DNA of 64,000 nucleotides from Alphaproteobacteria bacterium (GTDB taxonomy: Bacteria > Pseudomonadota > Alphaproteobacteria > SHVP01), in contig JAYOEZ010000006.1 in the NCBI GenBank assembly GCA_038116985.1, positions 7,903 through 71,902 on the forward strand. Direction: 5' to 3'. Positions within the stretch are counted from its first letter, which is position 1. Every line of letters begins with the position of its first letter. Below the pieces are notes generated by a model, which was not told the origin of the DNA, ran no database searches, and saw nothing but the letters and a program-made list of their open reading frames with translations. Position numbers and translations under genes: made by a program. Shown here in pieces: positions 9,048 to 18,573 of this stretch.

Positions 9048-11273
9048 ATGGCCCGCAAGGGGCGGCCCGTCCCCTTCCCCACCCAGGACGAACTCCTCCG
9101 CTACATTCAGGAAAACCCGGACCGCGCGAGCAAGCGCGAGATCGCGCGCGCGTTCGGAATCAAGGGTGATGCGCGCGCCCGGCTCAAGGATGCGCTGCGC
9201 GACCTGATCGCCGAGGGCAGTCTCGAAAAGCGCCGCGGCAAACGCGTGGCCGACCCGGCTGCGCTGCCCAACGTGAGTCCGCTCGAGATCGTCGAGATCG
9301 ACGTCGACGGCGAGTTGTGGTGCAAGCCGATCCAGTGGCACGCCGAAACCGAACCGCCGCGAATTCTGCTGATCCCCGATCGGCGACGCCGCGGTGTTCC
9401 GGCACTGGGCATCGGCGATCGTGTCCTCGCGCGCCTTTCGCCTGCCAAAGAAGGCTCTTACGAGGCGCGCATCATGCGGGTGATCGGCCGCGGACCGGAT
9501 CGGATCGTCGGCGTCTTTGCGCTCGTCGGTGGCCAGGGCCGCATCCGACCGACCGACCGTACCGGGCGCGACCTCTGGGTCGCAGGACCCGACACGCTGG
9601 GCGCCAAGCCCGGCGACCTGGTCCACGCCGAAGTCCTGCCTGCGCGCAAGCTGGGACTTCAGCAGGGCAAGGTTGCGGAGATCTTCGGCGACGAGCGCGA
9701 CCCGCGGGCGCTCAGCCTGATCGCTATCCACGCGCACGACCTGCCGACGCGTTTCAGCGAGCAGTCTTTAGCGCTTGCCGAGGCAGCCGAAGTACCGGCG
9801 CTGGGCCAACGGACGGACCTGCGTAGTGTGCCCCTGGTGACGATCGATCCCGAGGACGCACGCGATTTCGACGATGCCGTCTTTGCGGAGCCCGACGACG
9901 ATCCTGCCAACCCGGGCGGCTGGCACCTCCTCGTGGCCATCGCGGATGTGGCCCACTATGTCCGGCCCGGCACGGCGCTCGACCACGACGCGCTCAAACG
10001 CGGTAACTCCGCCTACTTCCCTGACCGCGTCGTGCCGATGCTGCCCGACGCGCTGTCGAGCGGCGTATGTTCGCTACGACCCGACGAAGAGCGCGCCTGC
10101 ATGGCCGTCGAGATCTGGATCGACTCCAATGGCAGCAAGCGCCGGCATCGCTTCCTCCGCGGCCTGATGCGCTCGGCGCGGCGCTTCACCTACGCCGAAG
10201 TCCAGTCGCTGCACGACGCAGGGGACGGGGGCGACCCGATGTACGCCCGGATCGTTGCACCGCTCTACAGCGCCCATGGCGCCCTCTCGAAGGCGCGGCG
10301 CAAGCGCGGTCCGCTGGAACTCGACCTACCGGAGCGCATCGTCCGGCTGGCACCCGACGGCGACATCGTCTCGGTTGAGCCACGCCATGTGTTGGCGAGC
10401 CACCGTTTGATTGAAGACTTCATGATCCTCGCCAATGTCTGCGCGGCGGAGACCCTCGAGGAGAAGAACGTTCCCTGCATGTACAGGGTTCATGACGAGC
10501 CGGATCGGGAAAAACTCGCCGCGTTGCGCGAGTTCCTGAAGTCGATGGATTTGCCGTTGGCGCCGGGCCAAGTGCAGAAAGCAAGCAACTTTAACACCAT
10601 CCTGTCCAAGGCCAAGGGCGCGCCGCTTGAGCATTTGATCCACCAGGTCGTGCTGCGGGCCCAGGCGCAGGCCGTCTACAGCCCCGACAACATCGGCCAC
10701 TTCGGCCTTGCGCTGCTCAAGTACGCCCACTTCACCTCGCCGATCCGCCGCTATGCCGACCTGCTCGTCCATCGCGGACTCATTACGGCCTGCAAGCTGG
10801 GCGGCGACGGACTGCCGCGGGATGGCGACACGGACTGGCGCGAGATCGGCGAACGGATATCGAATGCCGAGCGCCGCGCGATGGCCGCCGAGCGAGACGC
10901 CGTCGACAGATTTACCGCGCTGTACCTGGCCGACAGGGTCGGGTCGCTGTTCAAGGGTCGGGTCACCGGGGTGACCCGGTTCGGCCTGTTCATCACCCTG
11001 GACGAGAGCGGCGCGGACGGCTTGGTGCCGATCAGGACGCTGGGCGACGAGTATTTTCAGCATGTCGAGGAGCAGCACGCGCTGGTGGGCGAGCAATCGG
11101 GTGAGACCTGGCGTCTTGGTGACGCCGTTACGGTCAAGCTGCTCGAAGCCGACCCTGTGGGCGGAAGGCTTCTTCTTGAGATGGCCAGCGATGCACCGGT
11201 GCGGCAGAAACCGGTAAAGTCGCCGAGCAGGCGAGGTCGCGGAACCCCAAGGGGACGACGGCGCGGACGTTGA
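9048..11273 (+). CDS. rnr: ribonuclease R (3'-5' exoribonuclease, RNB family with S1 domain)
   Basis: Seen: 741 aa starting 3 nt after the topA stop. The RNB catalytic region and a C-terminal S1 region with a basic tail (RRGRGTPRGRRRGR) are present. The topA-rnr adjacency is established in Alphaproteobacteria. Confidence 0.93.
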   Translation: MARKGRPVPFPTQDELLRYIQENPDRASKREIARAFGIKGDARARLKDALRDLIAEGSLEKRRGKRVADPAALPNVSPLEIVEIDVDGELWCKPIQWHAETEPPRILLIPDRRRRGVPALGIGDRVLARLSPAKEGSYEARIMRVIGRGPDRIVGVFALVGGQGRIRPTDRTGRDLWVAGPDTLGAKPGDLVHAEVLPARKLGLQQGKVAEIFGDERDPRALSLIAIHAHDLPTRFSEQSLALAEAAEVPALGQRTDLRSVPLVTIDPEDARDFDDAVFAEPDDDPANPGGWHLLVAIADVAHYVRPGTALDHDALKRGNSAYFPDRVVPMLPDALSSGVCSLRPDEERACMAVEIWIDSNGSKRRHRFLRGLMRSARRFTYAEVQSLHDAGDGGDPMYARIVAPLYSAHGALSKARRKRGPLELDLPERIVRLAPDGDIVSVEPRHVLASHRLIEDFMILANVCAAETLEEKNVPCMYRVHDEPDREKLAALREFLKSMDLPLAPGQVQKASNFNTILSKAKGAPLEHLIHQVVLRAQAQAVYSPDNIGHFGLALLKYAHFTSPIRRYADLLVHRGLITACKLGGDGLPRDGDTDWREIGERISNAERRAMAAERDAVDRFTALYLADRVGSLFKGRVTGVTRFGLFITLDESGADGLVPIRTLGDEYFQHVEEQHALVGEQSGETWRLGDAVTVKLLEADPVGGRLLLEMASDAPVRQKPVKSPSRRGRGTPRGRRRGR

Positions 11274-11322
11274 GATTGGGCCCGTGCGCACTAAACTGTG
11301 CACTTCACAATCCGACGGACAC

Positions 11323-12057
11323 ATGACTTCCACCGACACCAAGGCGCGCTATCCGCGCGACGCCGCAAGCCTCATTCTTCTTCGCCATACCGCGGGCGAA
11401 CCGGAGATCCTCATGGGCCGGCGGCCGAAGAAGCAGGCGTTCATGCCCGACGTCTTCGTGTTTCCCGGCGGCGCCGTCGACCGCCGGGACGGATTCGCCG
11501 AGGCCGCCGACGACTATCACCCGGTCGTTCACGGGGCGCTGACCCGGCACTGCACGCCGCACCGTGCCCGCGCGCTGGGCCTGGCGGCCATCCGGGAAAC
11601 CTATGAAGAAACAGGGCTGATGTTCGGTGCGCCAGGAGTCTGGAACGGCAACCGGCCGGCCACGGGCTGGGACGCTTTCGCCCAGGCCGGCATCCGGCCG
11701 GCACTTGGCTCGCTGGGCTTCGTTGCTCGTGCGATCACGCCGAAGGGTCCGCCGCGGCGATTCCATGCCCGCTTCTTCGTCGGCGACGCGCGGCATCTGC
11801 ATGGAGAGCTGAAAGCGACCGACGAGTTGCTGGACGTCGCCTGGTTCTCCTACAGCGCCCTGGAAACGCTGCCGATGGCAAGCGTTACCGAACTCGTCAT
11901 CAAGGAGGTGCGCCTGGCCCTCGACCGTCAGCCGGAAGAGGATTCGCAGCGCGGCGTCCCCTTGATCACACGCCGGATGGGAAAGCGGATCATCCGCTAC
12001 GAGGCAGGCCCGGGACGGGTCATTCGCGGCATGTTCGAGGGCGCCGCGCGTTCGTGA
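11323..12057 (+). CDS. NUDIX hydrolase
   Basis: Seen: NUDIX box PGGAVD...REtyEEtGL. ATG 11323 preferred; the track ORF starts at GTG 11284. Confidence 0.7.
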   Translation: MTSTDTKARYPRDAASLILLRHTAGEPEILMGRRPKKQAFMPDVFVFPGGAVDRRDGFAEAADDYHPVVHGALTRHCTPHRARALGLAAIRETYEETGLMFGAPGVWNGNRPATGWDAFAQAGIRPALGSLGFVARAITPKGPPRRFHARFFVGDARHLHGELKATDELLDVAWFSYSALETLPMASVTELVIKEVRLALDRQPEEDSQRGVPLITRRMGKRIIRYEAGPGRVIRGMFEGAARS

Positions 12058-12968
12058 CGATTCACCCGCAGGCCCAGGCCGTCGTCGATGGCAACACTTG
12101 GGGCCATCTCGATCCCGACACGGTCGGCATAGCCGCGCTGCGCGAAGCGATGAACACGCGGCTGATCGAACTCGCCGGGCGAGGCCCCGACCTCGCCGCA
12201 GTGAACGATGTTTCCATCAAGACGGACGACGTACGCATTCCCGTGCGCATCTATAAGCCGCGCAACTCGGACGCAGCGCCGCCGGTCTACGTCTACTTCC
12301 ATTCCGGCGGCTATTGCGTCTACGACATCGACACCGCCGACGCGCAGTGCCGTGTTATGGCGCGCGACGCCGACTGCGTCGTGGTGTCCGTCGGCTACCG
12401 GCTCGCGCCGGAAGCGCCCTTCCCGGCCGCGGCGGAGGATGCCTGGGCGGCCCTGCGCTGGATCGTCGAAGAGGCCGGTTCCATTGGCATCGACGCCGAC
12501 CGCGTTGCCGTCGGCGGCGAAAGCTGCGGCGGCACGTTGGCGACGGTGTGCGCGTTGCGCGCGCGCGACGCCGGCCATCCCACGCTGCGGCAGGTGGTTC
12601 TATCATGCGCGCTGCTTGAGATGGGCGCACCTCGGCCAGGCGAGACACGCACCCTGGCGACCTGGATGCGCGACCAGTATCTGACCACGCCGGGCGCAGA
12701 GGACGACTTCCGGGCCTCGCCGTTGCGCCATCCAGACCTCGGCCACCTGCCGCCGCACCTGTTGCTCACCGGGGAACACGACGGGTTGCGCGAGCAGGCC
12801 TATCAATATGCCGAGCGCCTGAAACAGGCGGGAACCATGGCGGAATTGCACGACTTCCCGGGCATGATCCACAACTTCACAGGGATGCGCGCCGCCCTCG
12901 ACGATGCCCAGCACGGCCTCGACCTGATCGCCCGGACGCTAAGATCGGCCTTCTCCGTCACGCCCTAA
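12054..12968 (+). CDS. alpha/beta hydrolase fold-3 esterase/lipase (HSL family)
   Basis: Seen: HSGGY oxyanion motif, the nucleophile elbow GESCGG, and conserved D/H near the C-terminus. The GTG start overlaps the NUDIX stop. Confidence 0.8.
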   Translation: MTIHPQAQAVVDGNTWGHLDPDTVGIAALREAMNTRLIELAGRGPDLAAVNDVSIKTDDVRIPVRIYKPRNSDAAPPVYVYFHSGGYCVYDIDTADAQCRVMARDADCVVVSVGYRLAPEAPFPAAAEDAWAALRWIVEEAGSIGIDADRVAVGGESCGGTLATVCALRARDAGHPTLRQVVLSCALLEMGAPRPGETRTLATWMRDQYLTTPGAEDDFRASPLRHPDLGHLPPHLLLTGEHDGLREQAYQYAERLKQAGTMAELHDFPGMIHNFTGMRAALDDAQHGLDLIARTLRSAFSVTP

Positions 12969-12973
12969 GCACC

Positions 12974-13001
12974 TTGACACCAGCCGGCGAGCGGGTATCG
13001 T
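12974..13001 (+). promoter_or_regulatory. candidate sigma70 promoter for rpmG (TTGACA, 16 nt, TATCGT)
   Basis: Seen: TTGACA at 12974-12979 and TATCGT at 12996-13001, about 40 nt upstream of the rpmG ATG, which has RBS AGGAGCAGGA. Confidence 0.4.
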
Positions 13002-13043
13002 CCGCCCCCTGAACGGCCCGAGCCGGGCCGAGGAGCAGGAATT

Positions 13044-13211
13044 ATGGCTAAACCCGCCGTCGTCAAGATCAAGCTCGTGAGCACTGCGGACACCGGTTAC
13101 TACTACGTGACCAAAAAGAACCCGCGGAATCAGACCGAGAAGATGTCGATGAAGAAATACGACCCGGTCGTGCGCAAGCACGTCGAGTTCAAGGAAGCGC
13201 GCATCAAATAG
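13044..13211 (+). CDS. rpmG: 50S ribosomal protein L33 (55 aa; below the ORF-track size cutoff)
   Basis: Seen: ATG 13044 after RBS AGGAGCAGGA. Translation [55 protein letters not shown] matches alphaproteobacterial L33. Stop TAG at 13209-13211. Confidence 0.92.
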   Translation: MAKPAVVKIKLVSTADTGYYYVTKKNPRNQTEKMSMKKYDPVVRKHVEFKEARIK

Positions 13212-13229
13212 CGCCGCACCATGTCGACG

Positions 13230-13628
13230 CTAAGGGCCGCCGTCGGGCGGCCTTTTGTTTTTCGGACCGGTTTCGATCACGGCCTGCACCAGGGTCACGA
13301 GTTCCTCCGTGGCAAAAGGCTTGCGCAGCACGGCTACGACGCCGAAACGATCCAGTTCGGCCATCGCATCAGGCGCATCCTCGCCGGTCATCGCCACGAC
13401 AGGGATGCCGGCGAACCTTTCGTCATTCTCAATCGCCACGATCAGGTCGATACCGGAATCAGCGCCGAGATGAAGGTCAACCAGGAGAGCCGCCGTGGCG
13501 GGAGTGAGCTGCGCCTTCGCTTCCAGCACCGTGGCAGCACTCACCGCGTCGTAGCCGATCGCCGCGACCACGTCGCACACCATGCGCGCCGTCAGAGCGT
13601 CATCTTCCACGACAAGAACCTGCGTCAT
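13230..13628 (-). CDS. single-domain response regulator (CheY-like receiver)
   Basis: Seen: MTQVLVVEDD, a conserved Asp pocket (LVDLHLGADSG) and a Lys region (LRKPF). 133 aa from the ATG at 13628; the track ORF extends further upstream. Confidence 0.8.
   Translation of the reverse strand: MTQVLVVEDDALTARMVCDVVAAIGYDAVSAATVLEAKAQLTPATAALLVDLHLGADSGIDLIVAIENDERFAGIPVVAMTGEDAPDAMAELDRFGVVAVLRKPFATEELVTLVQAVIETGPKNKRPPDGGP
13234..13262 (+). terminator. rho-independent terminator after rpmG
   Basis: Seen: stem GGCCGCC, loop GTCG, stem GGCGGCC, followed by TTTTGTTTTT. It overlaps the last codons of the convergent response-regulator gene. Confidence 0.6.
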
Positions 13629-13668
13629 GGCGTCAGTATAGGATGGCCGTCGAAAGGTGGCAGCGACC

Positions 13669-14340
13669 ATGTCTGATCGACTGACCCCGCACGTTGCCGC
13701 ACAGCTCACCGCGGTGACCGTCGAGCGCGATCGACCCTTGCTGATCTGTGACGCCGATGAGGTTCTGGTGCGATTCGGCGTCGGCATGGAGCGATTCCTC
13801 GACGAACAAGGCTTGTACTACGACTGGACGGCGTTCCATTTCGAGGGGACCATCCGCCGCAAGTCCGACGACGCGCCGATACCCAACTACGAGGTCGCGG
13901 CCGTTCGAGAGCGCTTCCTGCTAGAGCGAATCGTCGACCTACCGGCGGTCGACGGTGCGTCGGAATCTCTGCGCCGCCTGGCCGGCCACGCCCAGGTCAT
14001 CATCCTGACGAATATTCCCCACGAAGCGCGCGAAGCGCGCATTGAGGGGCTGCGCAAACTGGGGATGGACTACCCCGTCATCACCAACGAGGGGGGCAAG
14101 GGCCACGCGGTCCGCGACCTGGCGGCGCAGGCCTCGGCCCCAACCCTGTTCGTGGATGACCTGCCGGAGCATCACGAGTCGGTCGCGCTGCATGCGCCGT
14201 TGGTCCACCGCATTCACTTCATCGAGGATACGCGTCTGGAGCAGCTCGTAGGCGCCGCACGACACAGCCACATCCGGGTCACGACCTGGCCTGACAACGA
14301 GCGCCACATTCGCTCGTTCCTGGACATCGACACGGCCTAA
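13669..14340 (+). CDS. HAD-superfamily hydrolase-like protein (function unknown)
   Basis: Seen: HAD motif I LLICDADEV, motif II VIILTN, a later K, and FVDDL. The start is uncertain (ATG 13657 or 13669, or GTG 13714). It is only 28-85 bp from the divergent response-regulator start. Confidence 0.5.
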   Translation: MSDRLTPHVAAQLTAVTVERDRPLLICDADEVLVRFGVGMERFLDEQGLYYDWTAFHFEGTIRRKSDDAPIPNYEVAAVRERFLLERIVDLPAVDGASESLRRLAGHAQVIILTNIPHEAREARIEGLRKLGMDYPVITNEGGKGHAVRDLAAQASAPTLFVDDLPEHHESVALHAPLVHRIHFIEDTRLEQLVGAARHSHIRVTTWPDNERHIRSFLDIDTA

Positions 14341-14395
14341 CCACTGGACACGTCCACCAACGCGCATCACCATGATCTCAAACAGGGAGGATCAT

Positions 14396-15871
14396 GTGTC
14401 CAAGCACTACGACGTCATTGTCATCGGTGCCGGGACCGCCGGCATCCCGGCGGCCGGTTTCGCCGCACGACGCGGGGCACGCGTCTTGCTCGTCGACGCC
14501 GCAGACCGCATCGGCGGCACCCTTCACCTCTCCGGCGGCAATATGAGCGCCGGCGGCACGCGGACTCAGGAAGCCAAGGGGATCGCGGACTCCCCGCAGC
14601 AACACTATGACGACATCATGCGGATCAGCCGCAACACCGCAGATCCGACGATGGTTCGCCTTGCCGTGGACAATGCGCCGGACACGATCCACTGGCTGCT
14701 GGACATCGGTTTCGAGATGCTGCCCGACATGCCGGTCATCAACTACGGCCACGAGGCCTATTCGGTTGCGCGGACCTACTGGGGCCCCGAGCTTGGCCTG
14801 TCGGTCTTGAAGGCGCTGGCACCCTGGTTGCAGGAATCGATCGACGCAGGGCGGGTCGAACTCCGCCTGAGGACCAAGTTGACGGGGCTACGGCAGGACG
14901 GCGAGGGCAACGTCATCGGGGCGGTGCTGCGCGGTGAGGACGGCGTGAGCCGCCTCGCGACCGGCGACAACGTCGTGCTGACGACGGGGGGCTATACCGC
15001 CAACCCGGATCTCTACCCGATGCTCAATAGCGGCCATCCCCTCTATTCGCTCGGCGACGAATTCAGTCAAGGCGAAGGAATCGTGGCCGGCCTCGGCGCC
15101 GGCGGCTACATGCGGGGCGCGGACCACATGCTCCCAACCTTCGGCGGAGTCGAAGACCCCAGGCGAACCGGTTTCTATCTCGGCGGCATCGTCAATCTCA
15201 CGCCCCAATACCGGCAGCCCTGGGAAATCTTCGTTAATCGCGAAGGACAGCGCTTCATCTGCGAGGACGCAGACTCGGTAGACGAGCGTGAGCGCGCGCT
15301 GCTGAAGCAAACCGATCTCAGATTCTGGGTCGTCTTCGATCAACGGATCAAGAACAAAGCCCCCGGCCTTCTCACCGAGTGGCCCGATAACCCATATGAC
15401 GGCGAACCGCCGGCCGGCCACACGATCTACGACACGGCTTTCGACAACCATCCCGACTTTACCCGCGCCGATACGCTGGAAGAACTCGCCGAAAAGACCG
15501 GCATCGACGGGGCGTCACTCGCCGGGACTGTCGCCGCATTCAACAAAGGGGTCGCCGACGGTGCGGATCCGCTCGGGCGGAAGCATCACCCGCTGCCCAT
15601 CGACACGCCGCCGTTCTACGCCATTCGTAACCACGGCACCGCCGTCAAGACATATGGCGGGGTAGCGGTCGATTCCTCGCTGCGGGTCCTTCGACGCGAC
15701 GACGCGCCCATCGGCAATCTCTATGCGGCCGGCGAGGTGGTGGGCGGCGGGCTTCTCACCGGCAACTCCTTCTGCGGCGGCATGAGCGTTACTCCGGCCC
15801 TAACCTTCGGTCGCCTGCTCGGCGAGCGAGTCCTGCAGTGGCGTCGCAACGACGGGGTGGCCGCGGAGTAG
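14396..15871 (+). CDS. FAD-binding dehydrogenase (fumarate reductase / KstD / TcuA-like flavoprotein)
   Basis: Seen: dinucleotide-binding motif YDVIVIGAGTAGIPAAGFAARRGARVLLVDA...GGT. RBS AGGGAGGA lies 5 nt before GTG 14396; the track ORF starts at ATG 14372. Confidence 0.8.
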   Translation: MSKHYDVIVIGAGTAGIPAAGFAARRGARVLLVDAADRIGGTLHLSGGNMSAGGTRTQEAKGIADSPQQHYDDIMRISRNTADPTMVRLAVDNAPDTIHWLLDIGFEMLPDMPVINYGHEAYSVARTYWGPELGLSVLKALAPWLQESIDAGRVELRLRTKLTGLRQDGEGNVIGAVLRGEDGVSRLATGDNVVLTTGGYTANPDLYPMLNSGHPLYSLGDEFSQGEGIVAGLGAGGYMRGADHMLPTFGGVEDPRRTGFYLGGIVNLTPQYRQPWEIFVNREGQRFICEDADSVDERERALLKQTDLRFWVVFDQRIKNKAPGLLTEWPDNPYDGEPPAGHTIYDTAFDNHPDFTRADTLEELAEKTGIDGASLAGTVAAFNKGVADGADPLGRKHHPLPIDTPPFYAIRNHGTAVKTYGGVAVDSSLRVLRRDDAPIGNLYAAGEVVGGGLLTGNSFCGGMSVTPALTFGRLLGERVLQWRRNDGVAAE

Positions 15872-15873
15872 CC

Positions 15874-16812
15874 ATGGGCAATGAGACGCCCGCACGCATC
15901 GGCATCGACCTGGGCGGCACCAAGATCGAAGGCGTCGCGCTACTGCGTGACGGCCGCGAGGCGACCCGGCTTCGCGTTCCATCGCCTCAAGGCGACTACG
16001 GTGCGACCATCGCCGCCATCTCTGACCTCGTCGCGGAACTGGAGGCGCGAACCCCCTGCGACCGACCGGTCGGCGTCGGCATTCCCGGCGCGCTCTCGCC
16101 GGCCTCTGGGCGCGTTAAGAACGCAAACTCGACTTGGCTCATTGGCCATGCGCTTGACGCAGACCTGACCAAGAGGATGAACCGTCCGGTCAGGCTCGCC
16201 AACGACGCGAACTGCTTCGTTCTGTCTGAAGCTACTGACGGCGCAGCGCGCGAATACGCCACAGCCTTCGGCGCGATTCTCGGCACGGGCGTGGGCGGCG
16301 GCCTCGTTGTCCGACAGCAGATTCTCGACGGCGCCAACGCCATCGCCGGGGAATGGGGCCACAATCCGCTTCCATGGCCACAAGGCGACGAGCAAGCGGG
16401 ACCGTCCTGCTATTGTGGCAAAACGGGCTGCATCGAGACGTTTCTTTCCGGGCCCGGTCTTGCTGCCGACCATCACGCCGCGACCGGACGGCAAATGACG
16501 GCAGACGCGATCGCGGCGCAGGCGGCCGACGGCGAGCCGGCCTGCACAGACACGATGGCGCGTTACGCCGACCGCCTCGCCCGGGGCCTCGCCTCAGTCA
16601 TCAACGTCTTCGATCCGGAGGTGGTCGTACTCGGCGGCGGCTTGTCCAACATCGACGCGTTGTACCGCGAGGTGCCTGCCCGGTGGAGCGACTATGTGTT
16701 TTCGGATGCAGTGACCACGCGTCTCGTTCGCGCACTGCACGGCGACGCGAGCGGCGTCCGTGGCGCCGCCCGGTTATGGGACGCAGCGGATCAGCAGCCG
16801 GAGGACAGGTAG
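15874..16812 (+). CDS. ROK-family sugar kinase (N-acetylglucosamine/glucose kinase-like)
   Basis: Seen: ARIGIDLGGTKIE ATP-binding N-terminus and the ROK zinc motif GHNPL...CYCGKTGCIET. ATG lies 3 nt after the upstream stop. Confidence 0.85.
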   Translation: MGNETPARIGIDLGGTKIEGVALLRDGREATRLRVPSPQGDYGATIAAISDLVAELEARTPCDRPVGVGIPGALSPASGRVKNANSTWLIGHALDADLTKRMNRPVRLANDANCFVLSEATDGAAREYATAFGAILGTGVGGGLVVRQQILDGANAIAGEWGHNPLPWPQGDEQAGPSCYCGKTGCIETFLSGPGLAADHHAATGRQMTADAIAAQAADGEPACTDTMARYADRLARGLASVINVFDPEVVVLGGGLSNIDALYREVPARWSDYVFSDAVTTRLVRALHGDASGVRGAARLWDAADQQPEDR

Positions 16813-17579
16813 TCCAGACGGGACAACTCGGCCTTCAGGGCGAAGGACCCGTAGTCCAGTTCAAGATCGGTCGCTACGCCGTTGCCGTGCAGGCGGAACC
16901 CGATTTCATACTCGGGCAGGAAGTCGCTCGTTGCCGGCTTGAAGTAGGCGACATGGACGTTCCAAGCCGATTCGCCGTCTAGCCTCGCCTCCGCGGCTGT
17001 GTCTCGCGTGGGCGCCTGCGGCTTCCCGATCCATGCCACGGCATCATAGATGCCGTTCGGCCCAGAACCATCGTAGACCGGGCGCTCAACCTGGGTTTCC
17101 CCGTCAAGCGCCGCCTCGATCAGTACCACGAAATGCTCAGTCGGAAAGACCGTGCCGGCGCGGAGCGGAATATCGTCCAGCGTCGGCTGGTCGAAGACCA
17201 CCTGACCAGTCCCGCCCCTGCTGTCGAGTTCCGCGCGCCCGATGTGGTGTTGCTGGAGGCGGCCATTGGCCGTGTCGCTGCTGTCGAAGCGAATCTCCGT
17301 CCCGTCGCGCGACTCCCAGGAATCGAAATTGAAGTCCCTGGTAACCGATTCCCCATCGGAAGAGGTCGTGATCAGAACCATGCGTTGCGACTGCTGGTAT
17401 CCGTCGCAGGCATCGATGACCTGCAGCACGAGGCGGCCATGGACCGACGAAAGGCCGCTATCGGTACGGTTCTTGGACATTGTGAGTTCGTACACGCCGA
17501 CGTGCGGTTGCAAAGTCACTGCCCCGGCCGAAAGCGGCCAGGCAGCGAGGATGGCGAGAGCCGCCAGCGTGCGTTTCAT
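16791..17579 (-). CDS. periplasmic DUF1849-like protein (EipB-like, tentative)
   Basis: Seen: signal peptide MKRTLAALAILAAWPLSAGA, an internal Cys and a C-terminal terminal Cys. I tentatively assign DUF1849/EipB, recalling a conserved near-C-terminal disulfide. The ATG at 17579 was verified. Confidence 0.55.
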   Translation of the reverse strand: MKRTLAALAILAAWPLSAGAVTLQPHVGVYELTMSKNRTDSGLSSVHGRLVLQVIDACDGYQQSQRMVLITTSSDGESVTRDFNFDSWESRDGTEIRFDSSDTANGRLQQHHIGRAELDSRGGTGQVVFDQPTLDDIPLRAGTVFPTEHFVVLIEAALDGETQVERPVYDGSGPNGIYDAVAWIGKPQAPTRDTAAEARLDGESAWNVHVAYFKPATSDFLPEYEIGFRLHGNGVATDLELDYGSFALKAELSRLDYLSSGC

Positions 17580-17802
17580 GCGCAAATTGCTCCGTTTTGT
17601 CGTTCCGAGGGTATTGGGCCTCTCGGCCTTTGTCACGCGACCACTGCCCGGCAAGTGTTGCCGGGCGGCCCAGCAATCGATGCCCCGGACGTGGCTCTTA
17701 ACCATCGGTAAACAGCAATTGCGCCGCGCTATTCGTGGCACGCGCCTTGCCAGTGGAAGGTTGGACATTTGTATTGGTAGCAGTCCGGAGTAAACGCGTC
17801 CC

Positions 17803-18519
17803 ATGGCAGGCTCTGAAACAATGGCACTGGAAGGGCAGATCGGTGGCGACGCCATCGTCGTCGACATGGCCACGGCGCTCGGCAGCGAGATATACGCCGA
17901 CCGGCCCCGCCTGATGCGGCTCCTTGTGCAGGCGCTGCATCACATTGCCGAGAACGAACATCAACTGAACCAGAAGGACGAGATCATCGCCGAGCTCAAG
18001 TCGCAGGCGATGACGGATCCGCTGACCGGGCTGGCCAATCGCCGCGCCTTCGAGGAACAGGTACGCCGCGCCATCGCCGGAGCCAGCCGTTTCGACGAGG
18101 CTGGCGTGCTCGCCTACATTGACCTGGACGGCTTCAAGCCGATCAACGACGGAATGGGCCACGACGCCGGCGACGCCGTGCTCATCTACGTTGCCGAGTT
18201 CCTTCGCAACAGCGTCCGCCAGACCGACACTGTGGCTCGCATCGGCGGCGACGAGTTCGCGGTCCTGATGGTGCAAACGACACCAGAAGAAGGCGAGCGA
18301 CGAGCCCGCACGTTGCAACTGCTGCTCAACGCTTCACATCTGACATTCGACGGGCGCTTGATTTCCATCTCGGCGAGCATGGGCGTTGCGCCATTCACCG
18401 CGGGTGCCGACCCTCGCAACGTCATGCGCATTGCGGACGCGGCGATGTACGCCGACAAGGGGCGGCGGCGCCTAGAGTCGGAATGGACTAAGAACGGCAG
18501 GAAGGCGTTAGCCAGCTAG
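17803..18519 (+). CDS. diguanylate cyclase (stand-alone GGDEF domain protein)
   Basis: Seen: RIGGDEFAV active-site motif, an RxxD-like region, and no obvious sensor domain. Confidence 0.85.
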   Translation: MAGSETMALEGQIGGDAIVVDMATALGSEIYADRPRLMRLLVQALHHIAENEHQLNQKDEIIAELKSQAMTDPLTGLANRRAFEEQVRRAIAGASRFDEAGVLAYIDLDGFKPINDGMGHDAGDAVLIYVAEFLRNSVRQTDTVARIGGDEFAVLMVQTTPEEGERRARTLQLLLNASHLTFDGRLISISASMGVAPFTAGADPRNVMRIADAAMYADKGRRRLESEWTKNGRKALAS

Positions 18520-18542
18520 CCGCAAAGTGGCTACCTCTCTCG

Positions 18543-18573
18543 AAACCCCTGGGCCTCGCCCCAGGGGTTTTTT
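18543..18573. terminator. rho-independent terminator between the convergent GGDEF and adenylate cyclase genes
   Basis: Seen: AAA, stem CCCCTGGG, loop CCTCGC, stem CCCAGGGG, then TTTTTT. The T-tract serves the + strand GGDEF gene, and the hairpin abuts the cyclase stop. Confidence 0.65.

Noticed and set aside
8661-9737. 358-aa minus-strand ORF spanning the topA/rnr junction
   Set aside because: Antisense to two canonical genes and low-complexity Arg-rich. Rejected.
11273-11300. Palindromic GTGCGCAC...GTGCAC after rnr as a terminator
   Set aside because: Short self-complementary hexamers without a stable stem followed by a T-tract. More likely restriction-site-like palindromes.
10326-11342. 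338-aa minus-strand ORF antisense to rnr
   Set aside because: Same reasoning; no recognisable domain.
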